Below are positions 28,350 to 40,123 of a stretch of DNA of 64,000 nt, piece by piece. Below the pieces are notes generated by a model. That model saw only the letters and a program-made list of their open reading frames with translations, searched no databases and had not been told where the DNA came from. Source of the stretch: Butyricicoccus sp. (GTDB taxonomy: Bacteria; Bacillota; Clostridia; Oscillospirales; Butyricicoccaceae); NCBI GenBank assembly GCA_020025755.1, contig JAHHRO010000003.1, positions 277 to 64,276 on the forward strand, in the 5' to 3' direction. Position numbers and translations under genes: made by a program. How positions within the stretch are numbered: the first letter of the stretch is position 1; each line of letters begins with the position of its first letter.

Positions 28350-28970
28350 TTACATCTCCGGCGCGTCCTCTGCCCCTGCCGCACATGCGGCAACGTGCGC
28401 TTCGATGAGCGCGAGCACCTCGTCGCGCCCCGTGCCCTTCTCCGCCGAGAACGGAATCACCGGCACGTCTTCGGGCAGCAGCAGCGTCTCGCGGATACAG
28501 GCGATATTGCCCGCAAGCTGGCTTTTCTTGATCTTGTCCAGCTTGTTTGCGATGATCGCGAACGGCTGACCGGTGGACAGAAAGCAGTCTGCCATGATTT
28601 TATCATCTGCCGTGGGCTTATGGCGGATATCCACGATCTGAAGCCCCAGCGTGATGAGTCCCGTGCCAAAGTAGGTCTCGAGCAATGCGCCCCAGCGGTC
28701 GCGCTCGGATTTGGATACCTTCGCGTAGCCATAGCCCGGAAGATCCACGAAATAGGTCTGCTTGTCGATCTCAAAAAAGTTGATATGGATGGTCTTTCCC
28801 GGCTGTCCGCCCACACGCGCAAAGTTGCGGCGGTTCAGGATCTTATTGATCGTCGAAGACTTGCCCACATTGGACTTACCGGCAAAGACGATCTGCGGCA
28901 AGCCGTCAGAGGGAAAATCCGCGGTCTTGACCGCTGAGCGGATAAACTCCGCCTTATGCAGATTGAGCAT
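28350..28970 (-). CDS. yihA: Ribosome biogenesis GTPase YihA/YsxC
   Basis: GKSNVGKSS, PGKT, DLPGYGYAKV and NKLDK; follows lon. Confidence 0.95.
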   Translation of the reverse strand: MLNLHKAEFIRSAVKTADFPSDGLPQIVFAGKSNVGKSSTINKILNRRNFARVGGQPGKTIHINFFEIDKQTYFVDLPGYGYAKVSKSERDRWGALLETYFGTGLITLGLQIVDIRHKPTADDKIMADCFLSTGQPFAIIANKLDKIKKSQLAGNIACIRETLLLPEDVPVIPFSAEKGTGRDEVLALIEAHVAACAAGAEDAPEM

Positions 28971-28982
28971 CACGCGTCCTCC

Positions 28983-31400
28983 TTACTGGCAAAGCGTCGA
29001 TTCCGCCGCACCCGTTTGGGTCAGCGGCATGGTCTGGGTGTCTTTCTTGTGCTTGGGTGCCGGACGGCGGCTGAAATCCAGCGCGGTCTGCATAACGGTG
29101 TCCATGTGATCGGCAAGGACAAATTTTACGTTATCCTTCACCACCTGCTCGACTTCCTCCAGATCGGATTCATTTTCCTTGGGCACGATGATGGTCTCGA
29201 TGCCGGCACGGTATGCTGCCATCGTCTTTTCACGCAAGCCGCCAATGGGCATGACCCTGCCGCGCAGCGTGACCTCGCCAGTCATCGCGACATTGTGGTA
29301 TACCGGAATTCCGGTCAGCGCGGAAATGATCGCAGTCGCCATCGTGATACCGGCGGACGGGCCGTCCTTCGGGATCGCCGCCTCGGGGAAATGGATGTGC
29401 AGATCGGTATTCTTATAGAAATCCGGCTCAAGCTGCAATTCCTCCGTGCGTGCGCGCACAAAGGTCACCGCTGCCTTGGCACTCTCCGACATGACCTTGC
29501 CCAGATTGCCCGTCACCTCGATCTTGCCCGTTCCGGACACGGCTGCAACCTCGACCTCAAGCATCTCGCCGCCCACGCTTGTCCATGCCAGACCGTTGAC
29601 GATGCCTACCTCGTCCTGATGGGACACATGATCCTTCTTGAACTTGACCGGCCCGAGATAGCTTTCCAGTGCATCCGGCTCGATCGTGACGCGCTTGGTT
29701 TCGCCCTCTACGATCTTCTTTGCCGCCTTGCGGCACAGCTTCGCAAGCTGCTGCTCCAAACGGCGCACACCGGCTTCTCTCGTATACCCTTCGATGACCT
29801 GCCGGAGCGTCTCGCTCCGCACCTGCATGGTGCTCTTGCTCAGTCCGTGCTTCTTGATCTGCTTGGGCAGCAGATGCTCCTCGGCAATGTGCAGCTTCTC
29901 CTCAGCGGTATAGCTGGACAACTCAATGACCTCCATACGGTCGAGCAGCGGACGCGGCACGGTCGTCAGATCGTTTGCCGTGGTCACGAACAGCACATCG
30001 GACAGATCGACCGGCAGCTCGATATAGTGGTCACGGAATGCGTTGTTCTGCTCGATATCCAACACCTCCAGCATCGCAGATGCCGGATCGCCGCGGAAAT
30101 CGTTGCTCATCTTGTCGATCTCGTCGAGCAGGATCAGCGGATTGCTGCTCCCTGCCTGTCTCAGCGCATTGATGATACGCCCCGGCATTGCGCCAATATA
30201 CGTCTTGCGGTGGCCGCGGATATCCGCTTCATCGCGCACACCGCCCAGCGACATGCGCACATACTTGCGGTTCATCGCCTCGGCAATGGAGCGCGCAATC
30301 GAGGTCTTGCCCACGCCGGGAGGGCCTGCAAGGCACAGCACCTGCCCCTTGAGCTCCGGCGACAGCTTCTTGACTGCCACGAACTCCAAGATACGCTCCT
30401 TTACCTTCTTGAGACCGTAATGGTCGCGGTCGAGGATCTTTTCCGCGCGCGCCACATCATAGCGCAGGCGGGTATGTTTCTTCCAAGGCAGATCGAGCAC
30501 AGTATCGAGATAAGTACGGATGACACCAGCCTCGGAAGAAGAACCGCTCATCTTGGACAGGCGATCGACCTCTTTCATCAGCTTTTCGGTATGTTCCTCC
30601 GCGAGATCCAGTGCCGCGATGCGCTCGCGGTAGGACTCTGCCTCTGCAAGCACGTCCTGCTCACCCAGTTCGGACTGGATGACCTTGATCTGCTCACGCA
30701 GATAATAGTCTTTTTGGTTCTTGTCCAGTGCTGCCTTGAGCTGCTCCTGAATCTCGCCCTCGATGGAGAGCAGTTCGATCTCCTCATCGAGCAGACGGAT
30801 GACGCGCAGCAAGCGGCGGTTGACGTTGCGTTCCTCGAGGATCTCCTGCTTGATGGTAAAATCTACCGAAATATTCTGCGCGATATAGTCGGCAAGATAG
30901 CCGCCGTCCCCACCGGAAGCCACGGCAATGAGGATATCCGAGGACATGCGCGGCCCGATGCTGGAATATTCCTCAAAGCGATCCTGCAAGGTGCGCACCA
31001 TCGCACGCTCACGGCGGATGCCGCCATCCGGACGGATCTCCTCGAGCGTCTCAACGACCGCCCGCAGCGAGCCCTTTTCGCCCTTTTCATAGCTGCATGC
31101 ACGCGCGCGCTGTTTGCCCTGTACCAGAACACGGATATTATCCCCCGGCAGGCGCAGGATCTGCTTGACAAGGCAGATGGTTCCCATCTCATAGAGATCG
31201 TCTGGCTCGGGAACATCCGTCTGCAGATCCTTTTGCGCAGTCAAAAAGATCCACTGTCCGTCTTTCATTGCGGTTTCGAGTGCCTTGACGGACATTGCCC
31301 GACCCACATCAAAATGGATCAGCATTTCGGGGAATGCCACCAGACCGCGCAACGGCAGCACAGACAGCATCCTCTGCTTTTTTTCTTGGTTCACGTTCAT
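28983..31400 (-). CDS. lon: Endopeptidase La
   Basis: LPLRGLV, GPPGVGKTS, RGHRKTYIGAMPG, PKDGPSAG (catalytic Ser) and IGGLREK. Confidence 0.97.
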   Translation of the reverse strand: MNVNQEKKQRMLSVLPLRGLVAFPEMLIHFDVGRAMSVKALETAMKDGQWIFLTAQKDLQTDVPEPDDLYEMGTICLVKQILRLPGDNIRVLVQGKQRARACSYEKGEKGSLRAVVETLEEIRPDGGIRRERAMVRTLQDRFEEYSSIGPRMSSDILIAVASGGDGGYLADYIAQNISVDFTIKQEILEERNVNRRLLRVIRLLDEEIELLSIEGEIQEQLKAALDKNQKDYYLREQIKVIQSELGEQDVLAEAESYRERIAALDLAEEHTEKLMKEVDRLSKMSGSSSEAGVIRTYLDTVLDLPWKKHTRLRYDVARAEKILDRDHYGLKKVKERILEFVAVKKLSPELKGQVLCLAGPPGVGKTSIARSIAEAMNRKYVRMSLGGVRDEADIRGHRKTYIGAMPGRIINALRQAGSSNPLILLDEIDKMSNDFRGDPASAMLEVLDIEQNNAFRDHYIELPVDLSDVLFVTTANDLTTVPRPLLDRMEVIELSSYTAEEKLHIAEEHLLPKQIKKHGLSKSTMQVRSETLRQVIEGYTREAGVRRLEQQLAKLCRKAAKKIVEGETKRVTIEPDALESYLGPVKFKKDHVSHQDEVGIVNGLAWTSVGGEMLEVEVAAVSGTGKIEVTGNLGKVMSESAKAAVTFVRARTEELQLEPDFYKNTDLHIHFPEAAIPKDGPSAGITMATAIISALTGIPVYHNVAMTGEVTLRGRVMPIGGLREKTMAAYRAGIETIIVPKENESDLEEVEQVVKDNVKFVLADHMDTVMQTALDFSRRPAPKHKKDTQTMPLTQTGAAESTLCQ

Positions 31401-31658
31401 ATTATAAATACTCCTAAACGGAATTTTCTATCTCATGGCTCTGCTTTTTCGGGGAGCGGATCGAACGAGCACAGCCTGTCTCCGATCGTTTTCCGCTCCT
31501 GAAACATCGCCGAAAGTCACGGGGGCTTTTCCTCAAAAAGCCTTATGATAAGTATAGTATATGCGGCGCAGAGTTTCAAGCGGAAAGCATTGGAGATTTC
31601 GACAAAAAAGGGTACGGCAATGCATGCCATACCCCTTTCCTTGACAATTTATTTGGCT

Positions 31659-32927
31659 TCAGGCACTCTTTTCCGGCTTTGGCTCACGCATGACCTCAGG
31701 CTTGCCCTCGCCCTTTACGACCTCAGGTGTGATCTCTACACGCACGATCGAATCATCCGAGGGGATCTCGAACATGATGTCGGTCATGATATTTTCCAGC
31801 ACACCGCGCAGGCCGCGCGCACCGGTCTTGCGCTCGACCGCGATCTTCGCAACCTCGCGCAGTGCCTCCGGATCGAACACCAACTTGACGTTATCCAACG
31901 CAAACAGCTTGGTATACTGCTTGACGAGCGCGTTTTTCGGCTCGGTCAGGATGCGCACGAGCGCGTCCTCGTCCAGCGAATGCAGCGATACGATCGCAGG
32001 CAGACGCCCGATGAGCTCAGGGATCAGACCGAACTTCATGAGATCATGCGGCTCGATCTTTTCCAGCATCACATCCGCTGCCTCATCGTTCTTGCTGTGT
32101 ACCTCCGCGCCAAAACCGATGCCCTTCTTGCCGATGCGGTTCTGAATGATCTTTTCGATGCCATCGAACGCACCGCCGCAGATGAACAGGATATTGGTCG
32201 TGTCGATCTGGATGAACTCCTGATGCGGATGCTTACGCCCGCCCTGCGGCGGTACATTTGCCGTCGTACCCTCGAGCATTTTGAGCAGAGCCTGCTGAAC
32301 GCCCTCACCGGATACATCGCGCGTGATGGACGGGTTTTCCGACTTTCTCGCGATCTTGTCGATCTCGTCCACATAGATGATGCCATGCTCCGCCTTTTCC
32401 ACATCGAAATCTGCCGCTTGGATCAAACGCAGTAGGATGTTCTCCACATCCTCACCGACATAACCGGCTTCGGTCAGCGTGGTTGCGTCCGCGATCGCGA
32501 ACGGCACCTGCAAGGTTTTTGCAAGGGTCTGCGCCAGCAGGGTCTTACCCGAACCGGACGGCCCCAGCATCAGGATATTGCTCTTTGCCAGCTCGATATC
32601 ATCATCGCCGCCGCGGAAGATCCTTTTATAATGGTTATAGACCGCAACGCTCAACGCGATCTTTGCCTCGTCCTGACCAATGACATACTGGTCGAGAACG
32701 TCCTTGAGCTCACGCGGAGTGGGCAGGTTCTCGGGTGCGTCTGTGCCCTCCTCCGGTACATCGCTGTAATCAATGCCCAATTCATCATCGAGGATACTTG
32801 CGCATACATTGATGCACTCATCACAGATATATACATTGGGGCCAGCGACCAGCTTACGCACCTTGTTCTGCGGCTTGCCGCAGAACGAGCAGTGCAGTGT
32901 CTTGTTTTCATCAAAATTTGCCATCAT
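31659..32927 (-). CDS. clpX: ATP-dependent Clp protease ATP-binding subunit ClpX
   Basis: CSFCGK zinc finger, [23 protein letters not shown] and IGF loop. Confidence 0.98.
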   Translation of the reverse strand: MMANFDENKTLHCSFCGKPQNKVRKLVAGPNVYICDECINVCASILDDELGIDYSDVPEEGTDAPENLPTPRELKDVLDQYVIGQDEAKIALSVAVYNHYKRIFRGGDDDIELAKSNILMLGPSGSGKTLLAQTLAKTLQVPFAIADATTLTEAGYVGEDVENILLRLIQAADFDVEKAEHGIIYVDEIDKIARKSENPSITRDVSGEGVQQALLKMLEGTTANVPPQGGRKHPHQEFIQIDTTNILFICGGAFDGIEKIIQNRIGKKGIGFGAEVHSKNDEAADVMLEKIEPHDLMKFGLIPELIGRLPAIVSLHSLDEDALVRILTEPKNALVKQYTKLFALDNVKLVFDPEALREVAKIAVERKTGARGLRGVLENIMTDIMFEIPSDDSIVRVEITPEVVKGEGKPEVMREPKPEKSA

Positions 32928-33010
32928 TCACCTCATTGAACATGCTTTTGTAAAAACACGCAGACCATCGGCAGAATGTTCCGCCGATGGTCGTGCATCT
33001 ATATGATGAT

Positions 33011-33595
33011 TCAGCGCTTGTCGTATACCTTATCGATAAGGCCGTACGCTACTGCGTCCGCCGCACTCATAAAGTTATCACGGTCTGTATCGCGCTCGAT
33101 CACTTCCAGCGGCTTTCCAGTGTTGTCTGCCAAAATATGATTGAGCTTATCGCGCGTTTTCAGGATCCAATCTGCATGGATCTTGATATCCGAAGCCTGA
33201 CCCTTCGCGCCACCAAGTGGCTGATGGATCATGATCTCAGAGTTTGGCAGCGCAAAACGCTTGCCCTTTGCGCCCGAAGACAGCAGGAAAGCACCCATAG
33301 AAGCCGCCATTCCGATACAGATGGTCGAAACATCGGGCTTGATATAGTTCATGGTGTCATAGATCGCCATACCTGCCGTAACCGAACCGCCGGGAGAATT
33401 GATATAGAACGAAATGTCCTTATCCGGATCCTGCGACTCAAGGTAGAGCAGCTGGGCAACGATCAGGGACGCCGTGGTGTCGTTGACTTCGTCTGACAGC
33501 ATAATGATGCGGTCATTGAGCAGGCGGGAAAAAATATCGTACGAGCGTTCTCCGCCTCGATTGGTCGGCTCGATGACCATAGGTACTAAACTCAT
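33011..33595 (-). CDS. clpP: ATP-dependent Clp protease proteolytic subunit
   Basis: [24 protein letters not shown] and RDNFMSA. Confidence 0.98.
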   Translation of the reverse strand: MSLVPMVIEPTNRGGERSYDIFSRLLNDRIIMLSDEVNDTTASLIVAQLLYLESQDPDKDISFYINSPGGSVTAGMAIYDTMNYIKPDVSTICIGMAASMGAFLLSSGAKGKRFALPNSEIMIHQPLGGAKGQASDIKIHADWILKTRDKLNHILADNTGKPLEVIERDTDRDNFMSAADAVAYGLIDKVYDKR

Positions 33596-33682
33596 AAAAG
33601 AAAACTCCTTTCCATGATCCCCCATAAATTTGCAAAATATCGGTCTATTGGAGGATATGTATGGCCTCCTCCCTTTTATGCC

Positions 33683-35011
33683 TTATTCAGCACTCTCTTC
33701 AGCCTTTTCTTCTGCCTTCTTCTTGGTCTTCTTCTTCGGCTTTGCGCTGTCGCGGATGAGGGCGATCGCCTTATCCAGCTTCATATCGGAAGTAATGCTT
33801 TCTGCCGGCAGAGCCTTCTTGACCTGCTCAGCTTCCATGCCATACTGCTCAGCCAGTTCCTTGTACTTTGCCTCGACCTCGTCCTCAGAAACCTCCAGCT
33901 TCTCCAGCTCTACGATCTTCTGCAATGCCAGACGAACCTTGACCTGACGGTCAGCCTGCGGACGGAACATGCCGCGGAACTGTGCCATATCCATGCCGTT
34001 CATCTTTGCGTACTGATCGAGCTGCATGCCCTGCATCTGGAGACGGTATCCGAAGTCCTGCATCACGTTGTCCAGCTGAACCTCTACCATAGCGTCCGGG
34101 ATCTCAGCCTGCATGCCGTCGATGACAGCGGTCAGCAGAGCTTCCTCATAGTCGCGCTCAAAGCTCTCGGTCTTCTGTGCCAGCAGGCGTTCCTTGACTT
34201 CCTTCTTGAGATCCTCAACGGTCTCAGCAGTCTCGGAAACGTCCTTTGCAAACTCGTCATCGATCGCCGGAACGATGGTCTCCTTGACCTCGTGTACAGT
34301 GCACTTGAAGGTCGCTTCCTTGCCAGCGAGCTCTGCTGCATGGTACTCGGTCGGGAAAGTGACCAGAACGTCCTTCTCCTGACCAGCCTTGGTGCCAATG
34401 AGCTGATCCTCAAAGCCCGGGATGAAGGTACCGGAGCCCAGCTTCAGGTCGAAGTTTTCGCCCTTGCCGCCCTCGAATGCAACGCCGTCTACAAAGCCCT
34501 CAAAGTCGATGACAACGGTATCGTTCTTCTTTGCAGCGCGCTCTACTGCCTGTGTGCGGGAGAGACGCTGTGCCATGTGGTCGAGCTCTGCCTTTACGTC
34601 AGCCACGAGAACCTTTGCTTCTTCCTTCTCTACGGACAGACCCTTGTACTCGCCCAGAGTCACCTCGGGCTCGACCGGAACCTTGCATACGAGAACAACT
34701 GCGCCGGACTCTGTCATTTCAGAGATCTCAACATCAGCAGGAGCGACTGCCTTGATGCCGGACTTTTCGAGTGCCTCATCGTAAGCCTTCGGATAGCAGA
34801 TATTGAGTGCGTCCTCAAAGAATACGCCATCGCCGTACAGGCTCTCGATCACCTTGCGCGGTGCCTTACCCTTACGGAAGCCGGGAACCGCGATCTTCTT
34901 GCCATTTTTCTTAAATGCCTGCTCCTTGGCAGCTTCCAGCTCTGCGGCAGAAATTTCAATCGTCAGAGCGGTAATGCTCTTTTCCAGTTTCTCAACGTTT
35001 TTCAGTTCCAT
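33683..35011 (-). CDS. tig: Trigger factor
   Basis: VPGFRKGKAP signature and FKBP domain FIPGFEDQL; lies upstream of clpP. Confidence 0.97.
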   Translation of the reverse strand: MELKNVEKLEKSITALTIEISAAELEAAKEQAFKKNGKKIAVPGFRKGKAPRKVIESLYGDGVFFEDALNICYPKAYDEALEKSGIKAVAPADVEISEMTESGAVVLVCKVPVEPEVTLGEYKGLSVEKEEAKVLVADVKAELDHMAQRLSRTQAVERAAKKNDTVVIDFEGFVDGVAFEGGKGENFDLKLGSGTFIPGFEDQLIGTKAGQEKDVLVTFPTEYHAAELAGKEATFKCTVHEVKETIVPAIDDEFAKDVSETAETVEDLKKEVKERLLAQKTESFERDYEEALLTAVIDGMQAEIPDAMVEVQLDNVMQDFGYRLQMQGMQLDQYAKMNGMDMAQFRGMFRPQADRQVKVRLALQKIVELEKLEVSEDEVEAKYKELAEQYGMEAEQVKKALPAESITSDMKLDKAIALIRDSAKPKKKTKKKAEEKAEESAE

Positions 35012-35082
35012 TACAATTTATTCCTCCTAAAATTGTATCCAACATATTTTACCAGATTTTCTTCAGGATTTCCAGCCTTTTT

Positions 35083-35784
35083 TTATTTTTTTAACAGCAT
35101 AGGCATAAAATCCAAGTGATCGCCCGACGCCAGAACAAACTCGATCCCGTCGTGCAGCCCCGTGACCGCCCAGCGCAGGCTGTCCGAATGCAGATGGCCG
35201 TAAATGCAGCGCGTCACGCCGTACTGCTGCATGAGCGCGATGATCTCGCCGCAGCGAAAGTTTGCATAGAGCGGCGGATAGTGCAGAAAGCAGTAGATCT
35301 CGTCTGCTCCCGTCGCCTTTCCTGCCTTAAGCGAGGTCTCCAGCCGCAGAAGCTCGCGCCGAAAGATCTTCTCATCATGGCTTTCCTTGAAATCCTCCTC
35401 AAAGAACCAGCCGCGCGTGCCGCAGATGGCGATATTTTCATAGGAAAAGCAATTATTATGCAGAAAATAGATGTTTTGGAATCCATTTTCCGTCACGAAA
35501 TTTTCCATCTTGCGCACGGTGTTCCACCAAAGGTCATGGTTGCCCTTGAGGATGATCTTACGTCCAGGCAGGGCATCGAGATAGGCAAAATCCGCTCTGG
35601 ACTGCTTAAAGTCGATGCCCCACGAGAGATCGCCTCCGATGACCACGGTATCTTCCTCCTGCACGACTGCGTGCCAGCGCGTGCGGATCTTCTCCATATA
35701 ATTTTGCCAGCGACCCCCAAAAATATCCATCGGTTTGTTGACCGAACATGCCAGATGAAGGTCGGCTATCGTATACAATGCCAT
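35083..35784 (-). CDS. Calcineurin-like metallophosphoesterase
   Basis: ADLHL, GDLSW, KGNHD, HYPP and YGHLH motifs. ATG 35784 directly after the thrC stop. Confidence 0.88.
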   Translation of the reverse strand: MALYTIADLHLACSVNKPMDIFGGRWQNYMEKIRTRWHAVVQEEDTVVIGGDLSWGIDFKQSRADFAYLDALPGRKIILKGNHDLWWNTVRKMENFVTENGFQNIYFLHNNCFSYENIAICGTRGWFFEEDFKESHDEKIFRRELLRLETSLKAGKATGADEIYCFLHYPPLYANFRCGEIIALMQQYGVTRCIYGHLHSDSLRWAVTGLHDGIEFVLASGDHLDFMPMLLKK

Positions 35785-35789
35785 CGCGC

Positions 35790-37277
35790 TTACAGGATCA
35801 GATCGAGCGTAGACAGGATATCCGCCTTGTCCACAACGCGATCGAAACGGGGGGTCTTCGCGCCCAGTGCCGCGAGCGGCGCGGGTGCCTTGCAGCCCGA
35901 GACCGCCTCGAGCGCGGCGAGCTGCTCCGTGCCGTCCGTCTCGATGGGGTGCCCAAGTGCCGCCGCAACCGGCTTGCAGAACTTGAACGGGCTTGCCGTC
36001 GAGGCAACGATCACAGGTGCGCTGTCGCCCGTCTCGGCGCGGTATGCCTCCATGACGTGCATCGCGACTGCGGTATGCGGATCGCACAGATACTTCTGCT
36101 CCTCGAACACGCGGCGGATGGTTCGGGCGGTCTGTGCATCGTCACACCAGCCTGCTGCAAAGTCTGCCCTGAGCCGCGCGCCTAGTGCGCCCGATACGTC
36201 ATAGCGTCCGTCCTGCGCGAGCGCGTCCATCTGCTGTCTCACGAGCGCGTCATCCTGTCCGGAAAGGAAAAACAGCAGACGCTCCAAATTGGACGAGATG
36301 AGGATATCCATAGACGGCGAATCGGTCGTATGGAACGATCGATTGCGGTCGTACACGCCGTCCTGTGCAAAGAAATCGGTCAGGACATGGTTTTCATTGG
36401 ATGCGCAGATCAGCTTGCCCAGCGGTACGCCCATCTGCTTTGCGATATATGCCGCGAGGATGTTGCCAAAATTGCCCGTGGGCACGCAGACATTGACCGT
36501 CTGTCCATGCGCGATCTTGCCTGCGCCCAAAAGGTCACAGTACGCCGAGACATAGTAGGCGATCTGTGGCGCGAGCCGTCCCCAGTTGATGGAGTTTGCC
36601 GAGGAGAACATGAGCCCATGCGCGTCCAGACGCTTTGCCGTCTCCTGATCCGTGAAGATACGCTTGACCGCGGACTGCGCATCGTCAAAGTTTCCGCGGA
36701 TCGCCACGACCTCCACGTTCTCGCCCTGCTGGGTCACCATCTGCAATTTCTGCATGGGCGAAACGCCGTCTACCGGATAGTATACCATAATTTTGGTTTT
36801 GGGTACATCAGCAAAACCTTCCAGTGCCGCCTTGCCGGTGTCGCCCGAGGTCGCAACGAGGATGCAGCAGGTGCGCCGCTCTCCCGTCTTTTGAAGCGAG
36901 GCAGTCAGCAGATGGGGCAGCATTTGCAACGCCATATCCTTGAACGCACAGGTCGGCCCGTGCCACAGCTCCAGCATGTGTACATCGTCTGCAAGGCTTA
37001 CGATCGGTACGGTATCCCTGCCACCGAATTTTTCATCGGCATACGCCTGTTCGGTAAAGCTTTTCAGTTCCTCCGCGGTGAAGTCGGTCAAAAATTTGCC
37101 GAGGATCATTGCCGCGCGCTGCTTGTAGTCCATGCCCATGAGCGCAGCAAATTCGGCATGGGTCAGGCGCGGAAACGCCGTTGGGCAGAACAAGCCGCCG
37201 TCCGGCGCAATGCCCATCGCGATCGCCTCCGCCGCGCTGACACGCAGTTCTTTATTTCTCGTGCTTACATATTCCAT
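35790..37277 (-). CDS. thrC: Threonine synthase
   Basis: YVSTR, ELWHGPTCAFKD, ATSGDTG, SANSINWGR, PTGNFGN and SPSMDILISSNLER. Confidence 0.96.
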   Translation of the reverse strand: MEYVSTRNKELRVSAAEAIAMGIAPDGGLFCPTAFPRLTHAEFAALMGMDYKQRAAMILGKFLTDFTAEELKSFTEQAYADEKFGGRDTVPIVSLADDVHMLELWHGPTCAFKDMALQMLPHLLTASLQKTGERRTCCILVATSGDTGKAALEGFADVPKTKIMVYYPVDGVSPMQKLQMVTQQGENVEVVAIRGNFDDAQSAVKRIFTDQETAKRLDAHGLMFSSANSINWGRLAPQIAYYVSAYCDLLGAGKIAHGQTVNVCVPTGNFGNILAAYIAKQMGVPLGKLICASNENHVLTDFFAQDGVYDRNRSFHTTDSPSMDILISSNLERLLFFLSGQDDALVRQQMDALAQDGRYDVSGALGARLRADFAAGWCDDAQTARTIRRVFEEQKYLCDPHTAVAMHVMEAYRAETGDSAPVIVASTASPFKFCKPVAAALGHPIETDGTEQLAALEAVSGCKAPAPLAALGAKTPRFDRVVDKADILSTLDLIL

Positions 37278-37301
37278 TCTATCCCTCCTGTTTGAGACAG
37301 G

Positions 37302-38261
37302 TCATTTCAGCATTCGGTCAAAAAACCGATGTGCATTATCAAAAAACAGTGCATCCACTGTGCTTTGCAGATAATTGTGCCGTAAGAGGTATTCGCCCAG
37401 CCGTTCCATGTCTGCAACCGTCTGCATACCCTTGGGGATGCTGCTGCATCCATCCAGATCCGCACCCAGTGCCAGACAGGCTTCGCCGCCCTGCGCCAGA
37501 AAATGCTCGATATGGCGCAGCACATCGCTAAGCTCCGCCTGCTCCTTGTCCGCGCGTAAAAACGGACTGTACAGGTTGATGCCCACCAAACCGCCGCGCC
37601 GCATGATCTCGGAAAATTGCAGATCGGTCAGGTTGCGCAGATGGTCACAGCAGGCGCGGCTATTGGAGTGGCTTGCGACAAAGGGAGCTTCGGTCTCCAT
37701 GCAGATATCCCAGAATCCGGCCTCGGACAGATGGGACACATCCACGATGACCCCAAGCTCCACCAGCCGTCGCACCAGTGCCTTTCCCTTTTCGCTCAGT
37801 CCGGTGTCATTGCCGTAGACCGCGCCGCAGGCATATTGATTATAGCCGTTCCAGCTGAGAGACACCATACGCACACCGGCATCATAGGCACGCTGCACCT
37901 GCGCTTCGCTTGTCAAAAGTTCTGCGCCCTCGATGGACAGGAACGCGGCATGTCTGCCATGCGCCTGTGCCCACTGCCAGTCCTCCATATCGCGGCACAG
38001 GGTGATCCAGTCCGCATTGACGGTAAATTCCTGATGTACGGTTTCGAGGAGCGCGTCCAGCCGACGGGCAGGCGGCAGATCGAGCAGCGACCGCAGGCGC
38101 GGACGGCTGGACTTCGTGCCGCAGAACAGCGCGAATACCTGTGTATACATCTCATAGGGTGCTGTTTTGGCGCGGTCGATGCAGAGCGTGTTCTGGCGCA
38201 GCTCCGCTCCCGTCTCATAGCACTCATACATCGTATCACAATGCAGATCGAATAGCTTCAT
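37302..38261 (-). CDS. Membrane dipeptidase (peptidase M19) family protein
   Basis: DLHCDT, SIEGA, DVSHL, ASHSN, RNLTD and GADLDG. Confidence 0.88.
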   Translation of the reverse strand: MKLFDLHCDTMYECYETGAELRQNTLCIDRAKTAPYEMYTQVFALFCGTKSSRPRLRSLLDLPPARRLDALLETVHQEFTVNADWITLCRDMEDWQWAQAHGRHAAFLSIEGAELLTSEAQVQRAYDAGVRMVSLSWNGYNQYACGAVYGNDTGLSEKGKALVRRLVELGVIVDVSHLSEAGFWDICMETEAPFVASHSNSRACCDHLRNLTDLQFSEIMRRGGLVGINLYSPFLRADKEQAELSDVLRHIEHFLAQGGEACLALGADLDGCSSIPKGMQTVADMERLGEYLLRHNYLQSTVDALFFDNAHRFFDRMLK

Positions 38262-38272
38262 GGTGTCTCCCC

Positions 38273-38623
38273 CTATGCGTCGAATGCGTTTTCCAGATGA
38301 TTGATGGCGCGGACAGCTCCCCCCTCTATGCCGTACACCTCGATCACATCCATGCGCGGCTGTCGTGCGGTGGGGTGCGCCTGTATCCACGCCTCAGCGG
38401 TCAGGATGAGGCGTTCCTGTTTGCGTGCGTCCACCGCCTCTCTTGCCTGCGCAAAGCGTTCCGAGCGGCGCGTTTTGACCTCCACGAACACCAGAAACCG
38501 TCCCTGCACCGCAACGAGGTCGATCTCGCCCCAGCGTGTGCGGTAGTTGCGGTCAAGGATCTCGTATCCCTTGCCTATGAGGTACTCCGCCGCCGCCTGC
38601 TCGCCCCATGCGCCGCGCGTCAA
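38273..38623 (-). CDS. YraN family putative endonuclease
   Basis: [25 protein letters not shown] and VFVEVKTR; follows rnhB. Confidence 0.9.
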   Translation of the reverse strand: MTRGAWGEQAAAEYLIGKGYEILDRNYRTRWGEIDLVAVQGRFLVFVEVKTRRSERFAQAREAVDARKQERLILTAEAWIQAHPTARQPRMDVIEVYGIEGGAVRAINHLENAFDA

Positions 38624-39273
38624 AGTGTAAGCTCCGGATGCGCCGCTTTCAGCTTCTTCAAAAAACTTCGCCGGTGGATCGGGCTTGCGCCATGCGCAAG
38701 GATCGCCTCGGTGTGCGCCTTCGTCCCGTATCCCTTGTGCCCTGCAAAGCCGTATTCCGGATACAGGGCATCCATCTCTATCATATGCCGGTCACGCGTG
38801 ACCTTTGCCAGTACCGATGCCGCCGCGATCGACATGCTTTTGGCATCGCCGCCCACCACACAGGTGGTCTCGATCCCGAGCCTCGGGTCGCGGTTGCCAT
38901 CCACATAGGCAAAATCTGCCGGAACGGAGAGTCCCTCTGCCGCCTGCCGCATCGCCTGATAGGTCGCCTGCAAAATATTGATCTCGTCAATGGTCGTATG
39001 GTCGACCGATGCAATCGAATAGCTGACTGCCTGCGCACAGATGACATCAAACAGTGCTTCGCGCTTCTTTTCCGTCAGCTTTTTGGAGTCGTTGAGTCCG
39101 GCGATCTCACAGTCCAGCGGCAGGATCACCGCCGCCGCCACCACAGGACCAGCCAGAGGACCACGTCCGGCTTCATCAATGCCGCAGACTGCCAGAAATC
39201 CGTTTTCCGCCGCCTGCCGCTCGAGGTCATATGTCACGCCCTCATGCGTTGGTTTCAGTATTTTCATAGTCAT
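38620..39273 (-). CDS. rnhB: Ribonuclease HII (start uncertain)
   Basis: [38 protein letters not shown] and HKGYGT. Confidence 0.95.
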   Translation of the reverse strand: MTMKILKPTHEGVTYDLERQAAENGFLAVCGIDEAGRGPLAGPVVAAAVILPLDCEIAGLNDSKKLTEKKREALFDVICAQAVSYSIASVDHTTIDEINILQATYQAMRQAAEGLSVPADFAYVDGNRDPRLGIETTCVVGGDAKSMSIAAASVLAKVTRDRHMIEMDALYPEYGFAGHKGYGTKAHTEAILAHGASPIHRRSFLKKLKAAHPELTL

Positions 39274-40123
39274 CCGGTGTCTCCAATGTGATGCGCCCCA
39301 GCACGCCGCCGCGGAATTCATCCAGCAAAATGCGTGCCATGCGTTCGGTGTCGATCTCGCCGCCCGAAATCAGGAAGCCGCGCTTCCTGCCTGCCTGCTG
39401 CAACAGGTCATAGCCCAGAAAATCCGATTCTTCCGGAATGGTCAGCTTATATCGGTCGATGATCGCCTGCGGCGCACGCTCTGCCAGCAGCTCGAACAGC
39501 TTGCAGGCGAGGGTCTCGGTGTCCAGAATATCGTCCTTGACCGCACCCGTGACGGCAAGCAGGATGCCCACGCGCTCGTCATCGAACTTGGGCCACAGGA
39601 TGCCCGGTGTATCGAGCAGGTCGATGCCGCCCTGCACGCGAAACCACTGTGCGCCGCGCGTCACGCCCGGCTTATCTGCCGCCTTTGCGGACTTGCGCCC
39701 CAAAATGCGGTTGATGAAGGTGGACTTGCCCACATTCGGGATGCCCACGACCATCACACGCACCGAGCGTCCGGTCTGCCCCTTTTCGTTCCATGCGGCG
39801 ATCTTATCCGCAAGGCGTTCTCTTGCCGCCGCGCCAAAGCGTGCCGTACCCGTGCCATGCTGACTGTCCGTTTCCAGAACGGAATAGCCCTGTGCGCGGT
39901 ACCATGCCGCCCAGCGGCGCGTTTCCTCAGGGTCCGCAAGGTCGGTACGGTTCAAAATGATCATACGCGGCTTGTCGCCTGCGATCTCGTCCATATCCGG
40001 ATTGCGGCTGACCTGTGGGATACGCGCATCCACCAGCTCACATACCAGATCGATATTCTTGAGATTTTCCAGCATCTGACGGCGCGTTTTCGCCATGTGC
40101 CCCGGATACCATTGAATATTCAT
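39242..40123 (-). CDS. ylqF: Ribosome biogenesis GTPase YlqF/RbgA
   Basis: [26 protein letters not shown] and DTPGILWPK. Confidence 0.96.
   Translation of the reverse strand: MNIQWYPGHMAKTRRQMLENLKNIDLVCELVDARIPQVSRNPDMDEIAGDKPRMIILNRTDLADPEETRRWAAWYRAQGYSVLETDSQHGTGTARFGAAARERLADKIAAWNEKGQTGRSVRVMVVGIPNVGKSTFINRILGRKSAKAADKPGVTRGAQWFRVQGGIDLLDTPGILWPKFDDERVGILLAVTGAVKDDILDTETLACKLFELLAERAPQAIIDRYKLTIPEESDFLGYDLLQQAGRKRGFLISGGEIDTERMARILLDEFRGGVLGRITLETPDDYENTETNA

Noticed and set aside
28956..31502. 848-aa plus-strand ORF antisense to lon (similarly 33614-35119, 50046-51557, 54703-56301, 26868-28238, 13575-15011)
   Set aside because: Shadow ORFs opposite well-supported genes, expected from codon bias in GC-rich coding DNA. 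No recognisable motifs.
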